Positions 27,781-36,099 of a stretch of DNA of 36,099 nt are shown here, piece by piece. The first letter of the stretch is position 1. The number at the start of each line of letters is the position of its first letter. The notes beneath the pieces were generated by a model. It saw nothing but the letters and a program-made list of their open reading frames with translations. It was not told where the DNA came from and ran no database searches. The position numbers and the translations under genes are program-made. This DNA comes from an uncultured virus (IMG/VR IMGVR_UViG_3300016486_001479) (taxonomy: Duplodnaviria; Heunggongvirae; Uroviricota; Caudoviricetes): the IMG/VR virus record IMGVR_UViG_3300016486_001479; one strand, written 5' to 3'.

Positions 27781-28773
27781 ATGGGATTCATTCAACGTAT
27801 ATTAGAGAAGGTTTTAAGCGATACAGAAGCTCCAGTAGTTGAACCAATCAATACCAATGCGGTTGTTCAAGGAGACTCTATAACAATAGGTGATAATCAA
27901 ACTAAAACTGTTCGTTTTGTAAATGGGGCGGACTTAAAAGGTTTTGTAGCGCATGACTTTGATAACGGTTCATTAGCTTTTCTAAAGAACGGAAAATACT
28001 CCGCACATAGAATGACTATTGCGCCTATTGAGCATGGTTCTTCCGAATATAAAGTTAAAATGTTTAATGGTGTGTGGGAGCAAGGAAATCTTGTTTGTGA
28101 TAATTTTGTCGACACAATCAAAGGAGGAACTGTTGAGGGAGTGATTAATAATTCTTCTATATTTGACAAAATCAGTCCTGGAGCATCTGTTTCAGGGACT
28201 CTAGGAACTCCTAGCATGTTTTCATTGAAAGATGAAATAGCATTCACTGAAGGGACATATGAGGCCAAGAACATAAAGTCATTCCCTGCGTCAAGAGTTG
28301 CTCAAATGCTCAATCGTCAAATGAATCTCTCTACATTTGGGATTCCAGTATCTGGAGTTAAGAAAGTAGACAATAGGTCTTCTAACTTAATAGTGTCAAT
28401 GTTTAGCTTGAATTCAGGGCAGTATGTAACATTTAAAGACACCGAAGAAAGAGTGTTTTCTTTTCGAGTTCTACAGTCTTATAAAAGCTCTGGGAAATCA
28501 ATTGCTCTAAAAGAATTAACGCACGATGGGAATGAGGTTAAGTTGACTTGGAATCATTTTAGAGTAAGCACGATTTCAGATTATAACCCCATAGACTTCG
28601 AAGCTCGCTCTAGCATCCGAATAGGAGCGGAGATGAGAATCCCAAAACTGTTTCAGGATAACATTATGAATGATATCCAAGAGATTGTTATATCAAACGA
28701 TAAGCCTGAGTTGCCAACTTTAAAAGCTGTAGACAAAGAGTCAGGATTTGTTCCACAAAAAATCAAATTTTAA
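27781..28773 (+). CDS. Hypothetical protein (330 aa)
   Basis: Long, beta-rich ORF; no family recognised. Confidence 0.75.
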   Translation: MGFIQRILEKVLSDTEAPVVEPINTNAVVQGDSITIGDNQTKTVRFVNGADLKGFVAHDFDNGSLAFLKNGKYSAHRMTIAPIEHGSSEYKVKMFNGVWEQGNLVCDNFVDTIKGGTVEGVINNSSIFDKISPGASVSGTLGTPSMFSLKDEIAFTEGTYEAKNIKSFPASRVAQMLNRQMNLSTFGIPVSGVKKVDNRSSNLIVSMFSLNSGQYVTFKDTEERVFSFRVLQSYKSSGKSIALKELTHDGNEVKLTWNHFRVSTISDYNPIDFEARSSIRIGAEMRIPKLFQDNIMNDIQEIVISNDKPELPTLKAVDKESGFVPQKIKF

Positions 28774-28774
28774 T

Positions 28775-28961
28775 ATGATGCCTTTAAGCTGGAGAATAGA
28801 AAAGTTTATTTACGCACTGTGGCATGCCGCCGTAGTCGGGATTTGGCTGTTTTGGATGGGCCCTGTTGAGCATTACAAACTNNNNNNNNNNNNNNNNNNN
28901 NTAGATTAGGAGCATGGGGCAGAGCGATGGTTTAAAGTTCTTGATGAATCAAAAAGATTAA
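28775..28961 (+). CDS. Possible small membrane protein interrupted by a 20-N gap
   Basis: MMPLSWRIEKFIYALWHAAVVGIWLFWMGPVEHYK begins 1 nt after the previous stop; the 3' end is a guess. Confidence 0.4.
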
Positions 28962-28963
28962 AC

Positions 28964-29170
28964 ATGAGTCGACTAACGATAGACTGTATTAAAAAAGAAT
29001 GTGCTGATAATGAGCTAGCTTTTCGCCGTGGTAAATTTAAAAACGGCAACAAATACAGAGTTAGTATTTTGATGAATACTCAAAAGCTTGTGTGGCCCTG
29101 CAGAACACTTAAACAGTGCAAGGAAGCTATTATACAAGCTATGTTTTTAAAAGAAATAGAATTCGCTTAG
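28964..29170 (+). CDS. Hypothetical protein (68 aa)
   Basis: Short ORF followed by a terminator. Confidence 0.55.
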   Translation: MSRLTIDCIKKECADNELAFRRGKFKNGNKYRVSILMNTQKLVWPCRTLKQCKEAIIQAMFLKEIEFA

Positions 29171-29191
29171 TGAAAATGTTTACGTGAAAAG

Positions 29192-29223
29192 AAAAAAGGC
29201 TACCCTCCAAGGTGGCTTTTTTT
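29192..29223 (+). terminator. Rho-independent (possibly bidirectional) terminator
   Basis: A6-GGCTACC-ctccaa-GGTGGC-T7. Confidence 0.75.
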
Positions 29224-29233
29224 CTTTATTGGT

Positions 29234-29241
29234 TATTTATA
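29234..29241 (+). promoter_or_regulatory. Putative late promoter TATTTATA for the tape measure gene
   Basis: 15 nt upstream of ATG 29257, directly after the terminator. Confidence 0.55.
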
Positions 29242-29256
29242 GCAAAGAGCTACAGA

Positions 29257-32200
29257 ATGGCCGACAACACGGGAGAAGTATTTAACGAAGATAGTTTCAA
29301 AAAGTATGAAGAGTTTCAGCGAAAGCAGAAACAGGACTCTAACGCTTTATTGAATGTATGGAAGTCGATTACAAGTGAGGTGTTCGGTGTTTCTGGGGCT
29401 GCTTTTTTTGGCGAAATAGAGCGCTCTGCTGAAACGATGGAGACACTTGCAAAGGAGTCTAACAAACTAAAAGGCAACCTAGAAGACGCTAAACTAGCTC
29501 TAGGCAGGGATATTACGGCTCAATTGCAAGGCAGTCTAAAAGTCATATCTGATAACTCAGCTAGTCTTTTATATGACGCTGGTGCGCTTGGTGAAAAGTT
29601 TGAAGATGTTAACCTAACTAAGCTTNNNNNNNNNNNNNNNNNNNNNNNNNNNNNNNNNNNNNNNNNNNNNNNNNNNNNNNNNNNNNNNNNNNNNNNNNNN
29701 NNNNNNNNNNNNNNNNNNNNNNNNNNNNNNNNNNNNNNNNNNNNNNNNNNNNNNNNNNNNNNNNNNNNNNNNNNNNNNNNNNNNNNNNNNNNNNNNNNNN
29801 NNNNNNNNNNNNNNNNNNNNNNNNNNNNNNNNNNNNNNNNNNNNNNNNNNNNNNNNNNNNNNNTGAGTAATGGGCACGAAAACTTAATCAACGTTCAACT
29901 TGAGTACAATGAAGCACTTTTAGAGGCAAACAAGACCAGCGAGAAAGGGCTAGACATAATGGGTGGACTCAATGAGATGTCTGAGAATTTCAGAAACTCA
30001 ATGATTAAAGGGTTGTTTGAGTGGGACAAAGTCTCAAATGGCATCCAGAGAGATTCTGGTATACTGCTTTCTGAAATGGATTCAGTAGCCAATGCTGATT
30101 TCACATCAGGTATGGCTGAGTTTGGAATGTCTTTAGCAGATGCAGGCCAAATGGTTGGAGAAATCGGGGAGGAGCTTCAAACCACTAGCATGGCCACTAA
30201 GGACATGGCGCTTTCTTGGGGAGCAATCTCTATGGCTACAGGAGTAGCTACAAAGGAAGTAGCCGAGCTGGGAGCTAACCTAATCAAAATGGGTTATAGC
30301 ACAGAAGGGGTAAAAGAATATTTTGAAGAAGCAAACAGCGAAGCTAGGATGCTTGGGGTTAATTCAAAAAACGTGCTTCAGTCTATTAATAAGAATCTCA
30401 CAAAAATGAAGTCTTTTGGCTTTACTGACGGAGAAGAGTCTCTTGCAAAAATGGCTGCAAGAGCTGAACAATTAAGAATTAGTGTTGATAGCATTTTTAA
30501 TGTTGCAGAAAAAGCAAGAACAATAGAGGGAGCGATGCAAATGGCGGCTGACTTACAACTTGCTGCTGGCTCATTTTCAAATTTAAACCCGATGGACTTG
30601 TTGGCTGCGTCGCGTAAAGGGCCAAAAGAGTTGCAAAAAATTATTGCAACAATGGGCGCGGACATTGGAAGAGTGAATAACGATGGTAAATTCAGTCTTG
30701 ACCCAATTGATGGAGACAGGCTAAGGATAGCAGCTCAGGCTGTTGGTTTAGAATATGAAGAAATGTTTTCTATAATCGAAAGAAACGCTCTTGATATGGA
30801 GAAGCTTAAAATGTTTAACGGTGGATTAGACTTTACTGAAATGGCTAAAGGCTTAGATATGGACCCAGAAGCGTTAAGAAGCTCTTTTGCCGACATGATG
30901 GAATCAGACGGTAAAGGAGGGTTTAAATTAACAACTGATGGTCAAGCATTTTTGGATAAGAACGATATCAATAGCTTAGCTAATGTAAACTCTACAAATT
31001 TAGCAGCGGCTTTCCAGCAAAAGAAAGAAGACCAAAAAAACATTGACGCCCAAGCAGCTTCTAATATGTCTTTCAGACAGTCAATGGACGCTTTTATTGC
31101 AAGCCTGACAAACACTATAACCGTGTTTCAACCAATGCTGGAATGGATGACTCAAGCTATTAGCTGGTTTAGCTCTTTAGGTGGCACTTTTACAAAGTCA
31201 ATTACAGCAGCTCTTGTGGTAGCAGTGCCGTTGATTGGCTTAATCATAGGAAGAGGTATAAGTATTGCGTTTGCTGGCAAGATGTCAAAAAGCGCTGGCT
31301 CAGGTATAACAGCGCTAGCTAAAAGTCTTGGCGCACTTTCAAAAGTTAAATTAGTATACCAGGCGTAGCGAGGTTTGCTCTTGCTGTAGTCTTAATTGGC
31401 GGCGCTGTTGTTGGTTTTTCAGCAGCAATGGCTCAATGGGGCGGGGAGGCATCTGCAGACCAAATGGCTACATCTGCTGTATCTCTTTTGATACTGGCGG
31501 GAGGTGTAGCTGCGATGGCTGCAATTGGTGCAAAGACTAACATGAAAGGAGTTGTTAAAGGTTCTTTGGCGATGTTTATAATCGGCGCAGCTATGGTACC
31601 GTTTGCATTTGCTCTACAAATGATGAGTGATGTGAAATGGCCCGCTGTGATAGCATCTCTTGTTTTTATGGCTGCATCAATAGGGATGGTATTTGCCATA
31701 GGAGCTCTATTAGCAGGTCCTCAAGCAATCCTTTTAGCAATAGGGATAGGGGTGATTCTCGCTATTGGCGGAATGATGGTTCTTATGGCTGTGTCTTTAA
31801 TGATAGCTGCGGTAGCATTTGAGCGATTAGCAAATGTAAATTGGGATGGCATCTCAGCAATGGGCGGTGCATTATTGAGTGCAGCCCCAGGAATAGCTGC
31901 GTTTGGTCTTGCTTCTTTAGTTTTTGCTAACCCATTAGTGTTATTAGGTATGATGGCAATGGCAGGTAGTATATTAATGATGGGCCATGCGCTGGACCCG
32001 TTGGCTACAAATCTAGAAAGAGCAGCCGAAGCAATGAGTAAGTTTGCAGATTCTATGAAGGAATTAAAAGCCACTTTGGGCCAAATTGACACAAAGAAGC
32101 TTGAGGAAATGCAGAAAATAGCAGATGCAATGTCGACATCGTCTAGCGCAAACTCTTTAAACGCTTTAGCTGCAGCACTTAGTAGTGCTGTGTCTGGAGG

Positions 32201-32315
32201 CTCTGGAGGAGCTAGTGGAGATGTTAGAAAAATCGAAATTAAACTCATTGGAGAAAATGGTAGAGAAATTAAACACAAAATCCTTAAAGACACTGCTACT
32301 CAAAGTGGTCGATGA
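29257..32315 (+). CDS. Tape measure protein (about 1,000 aa; gap plus -1 frameshift near 31350)
   Basis: Helical and A/G/M-rich, with G.E.LAKMAA.A..LR and IEGAM.MAA.LQ blocks and a hydrophobic C-terminal half; downstream of the hub/chaperone genes. ORFs 29212 and 31428 join by adding one A. Confidence 0.85.
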
Positions 32316-32329
32316 TTTTTTCTCCCAGT

Positions 32330-32337
32330 TATTTATG
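32330..32337 (+). promoter_or_regulatory. Putative late promoter TATTTATG
   Basis: 19 nt upstream of ATG 32357. Confidence 0.55.
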
Positions 32338-32356
32338 GGAAAGATATTAGCAAGGC

Positions 32357-35300
32357 ATGTACAACACACTTTGGGACCCAAACGACGATAAGGAAAGATT
32401 ATTCGAGAAATTCACTAAGTACTATGGTGAGTTTTCAGACGATGTTCGCGAGGATATGCAGTCAAGAAATGTGCAGATACCAACGTCTGTATATGACGTT
32501 TTGTATCCAGAGGCGAGAGAAAATCTTCTTTCTAAAAACGTACCAAAAAACACAGATATCATTGAAGATACTGAGGTTTATCGTCAAGCAGCTTTAGCTA
32601 AAATTGTTCCAGCTATCTCCGATATTAAAGAGTTGTCTGAAACATATCGAGCAGCTCAGCTTACAAGGAACATTATTAGCGAGACCTCTGTTTTAGAGAT
32701 ATCTAAAAAATATCGACTTGAACAACTCGCTAAAAATGAAACAATTAGCACAGAACCTCATTTAAAAAAATCAAAAGACTTTAGAGAGCAAATGCTGTCT
32801 AAAAATGTTCCGTTGGAATCAGACTTAGAAGCAGACACAGCATCGCTTCGAGATGACCAACTTGCTAAGAATGTGTCGAACACATCAGATGTAATCGAGG
32901 ATACTCAAGACTTTAGAGATGGACAGCTATCAAAAAATGTTTCGTCAGAATCAGACCTAGAAACGGACTCAGTTCCCTTCCGAGAAGACGGCTTATCGAA
33001 CAATGTTCCGTCAGAATCAGACCTTGAAGCAGACACAGCATCGCTTCGAGATGACCAACTCGCTAAGAATGTTCCGTCAGAATCAGACCTTGAAGCAGAC
33101 ACAGCATCGCTTCGAGATGACCAACTCGCTAAGAATGTTCCGTCAGAATCAGACTTGGAAACGGACTCAGTTCCCTTCCGAGAAGACGGCTTATCAAACA
33201 ATGTTCCGTCAGAATCAGACTTGGAAACGGACTCAGCTCCCTTCCGAGAAGACGGCTTATCAAACAATGTTCCGTCAGAATCAGACCTTGAAGCAGACAC
33301 AGCATCACTTCGAGATGACCAACTCGCTAAGAATGTTCCGTCAGAATCAGACTTGGAAATGGACTCAATTCCCTTCCGACAAGACGGCTTATCGAACAAT
33401 GTTCCGTCAGAATCAGACTTGGAAACGGACTCAATTCCTTTCCGACAAGACGGCTTATCGAACAATGTTCCATCAGAATCAGACCTGGAAACGGACTCAA
33501 TTCCCTTCCGAGAAGATGATTTATCGAACAATGTTCCGTCGGAATCAGACTTGGAAACGGACTCAATTCCCTTCCGACAAGACGGCTTATCGAACAATGT
33601 TCCATCAGAATCAGACCTGGAAACGGACTCAATTCCCTTCCGAGAAGATGATTTATCGAACAATGTTCCGTCGGAATCAGACCTGGAAACGGACTCAGTT
33701 CCTTTCCGAGAAGATGATTTATCGAACAATGTTCCGTCGGAATCAGACCTGGAAACGGACTCAGTTCCTTTCCGAGAAGATGACTTATCGAACAATGTTC
33801 CGTCGGAATCAGACCTAGAAACGGACTCAGTTCCTTTCCGAGAAGATGACTTATCGAACAATGTTCCGTCGGAATCAGACTTGGAAACGGACTCAGTTCC
33901 TTTCCGAGAAGATGACTTATCGAACAATGTTCCGTCGGAATCAGACCTGGAAACGGACTCAGTTCCTTTCCGAGAAGATGACTTATCGAACAATGTTCCG
34001 TCGGAATCAGACTTGGAAACGGACTCAGTTCCTTTCCGAGAAGATGACTTATCGAACAATGTTCCGTCGGAATCAGACTTGGAAACGGACTCAGTTCCTT
34101 TCCGAGAAGATGACTTATCGAACAATGTTCCGTCGGAATCAGACCTGGAAACGGACTCAAGCCCATACAGAGAAGCTTTATTGGCGTTTAACGTTGGCGC
34201 TGTAAGTGATATATTAGGGGACTCTGACCCTTATCGACTAGAGCAGATGTCTAGCAATGTTTCTTCGATTTCTAACATTTTATCAGACTCAGAGCAAGCC
34301 CGAAAGGAGCAGTTATCAAAAAACTTACAAGGAGGCCTTTTTGGCGTCAATGTAGAAGGCTTTGGCACTCAGGCATTCATTGGGGTGTCTCGAAATTTTG
34401 CTTTCGGTGCACTTGTCCGCACGGCCTTATTGGCTCGTAATGACTATAGGCCAGGGATGTTTGGTTCAGAAGGGACGCAATACAGAGATAGAGAGACAGA
34501 TAAAGATAAAATAGAAGAGAGTTTATTTGTGAGTGATGATGGAGTTTCTACCACAAGAAGCAAAATCCAGGATATGCACTTGCGTAATGGACAAAATTCA
34601 ATAGGTTACAGAGCTTGGCTACAAGCTGGCAACCCTGCTGGTTCAATGCTTGATTTAGACGGGAGCTCTGTTAATGTTGCTGCGAAGTTTAAAAGTAGCA
34701 CAATAAATAACATTGGAGATGAACCGCAGGCAGATGATTTACTAGCTAAGTCATATGCTGGAAACCCTCTAGGTGATAGAGGCGACGGGGAAGAAGAGTT
34801 TGCTTCTGGACCAAGGTCTATTAAAAAAGTAATCGACAGGATTGCAAACGACTCAACTGTACGATATGCTCAAAATTATAAAATTGGTCAAAGAGAATTT
34901 ATAACAGGAGTAAGGCCCAACGGCGCCCCTAAAATAAGAAAGCAGAGATATTCAGTCTCAAACTTGTATGCTCCAGCCGAAGCAGGGGAACTAATGTTTG
35001 GCATCACAAATTATGCCATCGAAAATGAAGCAGGGCAAGAAACCCAGCTTCGAACTATGTACTTCCCTCCTTATATTCAGTCTTTCCAAGAAAATGAAGG
35101 GGCAAACTGGAATGAAACAAACATGCTTGGCCGCCCAGAAGCTATTTACACATATAACAATGCTCGTAGAAGCGGTTCAATCAACTTTTTTGTGTTGACA
35201 GACTTTGCTCAAGAAGTAGAATTAGGGCTTACTGATACACCAAGTGTTTCTGAGTTATTGCAAAGTCTGCAAAACGGAGGAGGAGACCCAGTGATGGGAA

Positions 35301-36099
35301 CATTAAAGTATGATTTCGAAAAAGAAGGAATATTCACAGATTTGTCGGACGATAGGGAAAAAATTAAAGGAGTTGACCAAGATGTTGCTGCACAAGCTGC
35401 GTTAGAGAAATTGATATCAAAAGACAATCAGTCTATAGCTGATATAGAAGCTAGTTATGACACTCCAGAAGCTAGTGTGGCTTCGGCATTATTCAATGGG
35501 AATTTGATGATGCAAATCGATAGGGAAACTAAAATAAATCCAATTCGAGAAAGAATAGAGTCGAACAAACTTATTCTCATAAAAATTTCTAAATCAATTG
35601 AAGAAAAGCGTGTAACAGCTGGGAAAGACGCAGAAGGAAATATTGTTGAGAAAACAAGATTTTCTGAGAATTATAAAGACGGAGGAAATATCTATAACCC
35701 ATCTAACCTTCTTAATTATACACAGTCTCCAAATGCAGACAGTGAGATAACTAGTATTAGAAATGTTGAATCTGTTTTAGATGATATGAAAAAAAATCTA
35801 GGTTTCCAGCCAGCGTTTTTTTCTGGGGATAAAGCTGACTTTAGACGTAGAATGAGCTTTTTAAGCAAGCTAACTCGTCCACGTGAAAATAATGGGCAAA
35901 ATAAGAAAGTTGGATTTTCATTCACCACACCACCTGTTGCGCACTTGCGACTTGGAGATTGGCTAGACCATGACTGCATTGTGAACTCAGTCAGCAAGGA
36001 TTATTCCGACACAGTCTGGTGCCTACAACGAGGTAAAGTCCAGCCGCTATGGGCTTTGGTCACAATGGCTTTTACCATAATAGGGCCTTATGGTACCTA
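32357..36099 (+). CDS. Large baseplate/tail-tube-initiator-like protein with a 22-aa repeat array (partial, >=1,247 aa; absent from the ORF track)
   Basis: Manual translation is open from MYNTLWDPND to the window end. C-terminal MYFPPY...WNETNMLGRPEAIYTYNNARRSGSINF...PPVAHLRLGDW...QPLWALVTMAF resembles tube-fold gp48/gp54/CIS initiator proteins that follow tape measures. Confidence 0.85.
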   Translation, partial: MYNTLWDPNDDKERLFEKFTKYYGEFSDDVREDMQSRNVQIPTSVYDVLYPEARENLLSKNVPKNTDIIEDTEVYRQAALAKIVPAISDIKELSETYRAAQLTRNIISETSVLEISKKYRLEQLAKNETISTEPHLKKSKDFREQMLSKNVPLESDLEADTASLRDDQLAKNVSNTSDVIEDTQDFRDGQLSKNVSSESDLETDSVPFREDGLSNNVPSESDLEADTASLRDDQLAKNVPSESDLEADTASLRDDQLAKNVPSESDLETDSVPFREDGLSNNVPSESDLETDSAPFREDGLSNNVPSESDLEADTASLRDDQLAKNVPSESDLEMDSIPFRQDGLSNNVPSESDLETDSIPFRQDGLSNNVPSESDLETDSIPFREDDLSNNVPSESDLETDSIPFRQDGLSNNVPSESDLETDSIPFREDDLSNNVPSESDLETDSVPFREDDLSNNVPSESDLETDSVPFREDDLSNNVPSESDLETDSVPFREDDLSNNVPSESDLETDSVPFREDDLSNNVPSESDLETDSVPFREDDLSNNVPSESDLETDSVPFREDDLSNNVPSESDLETDSVPFREDDLSNNVPSESDLETDSSPYREALLAFNVGAVSDILGDSDPYRLEQMSSNVSSISNILSDSEQARKEQLSKNLQGGLFGVNVEGFGTQAFIGVSRNFAFGALVRTALLARNDYRPGMFGSEGTQYRDRETDKDKIEESLFVSDDGVSTTRSKIQDMHLRNGQNSIGYRAWLQAGNPAGSMLDLDGSSVNVAAKFKSSTINNIGDEPQADDLLAKSYAGNPLGDRGDGEEEFASGPRSIKKVIDRIANDSTVRYAQNYKIGQREFITGVRPNGAPKIRKQRYSVSNLYAPAEAGELMFGITNYAIENEAGQETQLRTMYFPPYIQSFQENEGANWNETNMLGRPEAIYTYNNARRSGSINFFVLTDFAQEVELGLTDTPSVSELLQSLQNGGGDPVMGTLKYDFEKEGIFTDLSDDREKIKGVDQDVAAQAALEKLISKDNQSIADIEASYDTPEASVASALFNGNLMMQIDRETKINPIRERIESNKLILIKISKSIEEKRVTAGKDAEGNIVEKTRFSENYKDGGNIYNPSNLLNYTQSPNADSEITSIRNVESVLDDMKKNLGFQPAFFSGDKADFRRRMSFLSKLTRPRENNGQNKKVGFSFTTPPVAHLRLGDWLDHDCIVNSVSKDYSDTVWCLQRGKVQPLWALVTMAFTIIGPYGT
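32804..34189 (+). repeat. 66-bp in-frame tandem repeat (21 periods; degenerate units extend about 32468-34324)
   Basis: AATGT recurs every 66 nt from 32804 to 34124; units read NVPSESDLETDSVPFREDDLSN or NVPSESDLEADTASLRDDQLAK. Confidence 0.97.

Larger units (their letters stand above)
6066..29863. other. Six scaffold gaps
   Basis: N runs at 6066-6085, 12395-13370, 17222-17772, 24353-25141, 28882-28901 and 29626-29863; lengths are estimates or placeholders. Confidence 0.99.

Noticed and set aside
29212..29256. Hydrophobic N-terminal extension of the tape measure protein
   Set aside because: The GTG lies within the terminator hairpin upstream of the promoter motif; ATG 29257 is the more likely start.
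31345..31428. Programmed -1 frameshift in the tape measure gene
   Set aside because: Adding one A (AAA to AAAA) joins the ORFs. There is no canonical X XXY YYZ site, and it has the same error signature as 11644 and 24318.
32804..34189. CRISPR array
   Set aside because: The whole 66-nt unit repeats with no unique spacers, it is in frame within a CDS, and there are no cas genes.
32905..34205. Overlapping ORFs 32905-34125(-), 33003-33818(+), 33327-34166(-) and 33846-34205(+)
   Set aside because: Shadow frames of a stop-poor tandem repeat; only the 32357 frame extends on both sides.
696..35997. Short alternative-frame, antisense and N-spanning ORFs in the track
   Set aside because: They are nested within well-supported genes or consist mostly of X residues.
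182..36099. Stop-codon reassignment
   Set aside because: Conserved genes are intact in the standard code, and TAA, TAG and TGA all end genes at sensible positions.
182..36099. Extracellular contractile injection system or tailocin
   Set aside because: Terminase, portal and DNA polymerase genes indicate a complete phage.

Overview
Fragment of a large T4-like contractile-tailed phage genome. It is a draft scaffold with six N gaps and three single-base frameshifts in homopolymers. The host is probably Bacteroidota, based on a TTG-N21-TAnnTTTG promoter, A-rich starts lacking Shine-Dalgarno sequences, and an Hc1-like gene. Virion genes: tail sheath, tail tube, BppU-like protein, large terminase, portal with two endonuclease-containing inteins, two gp26-like hub proteins, tape measure, and a >1,240-aa tube-initiator-like protein with about 28 repeats of 22 aa (missed by the ORF track). 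The main highlight is a DnaQ-PHP-DnaE polymerase apparently encoded in three pieces joined by two different split inteins of opposite charge polarity. A Vsr-like homing endonuclease gene sits in one break and a DUF262-like ORF in the other; the first IntC is hidden in a gap. Other highlights: a triple-PAS protein with no output domain overlapping a coiled-coil membrane-protein gene, a patatin, an Hc1-like protein, and two putative phage promoter motifs (TATTTAT and TG-N20-CGTATAT). All family calls come from motif recognition by eye; no database searches were run.
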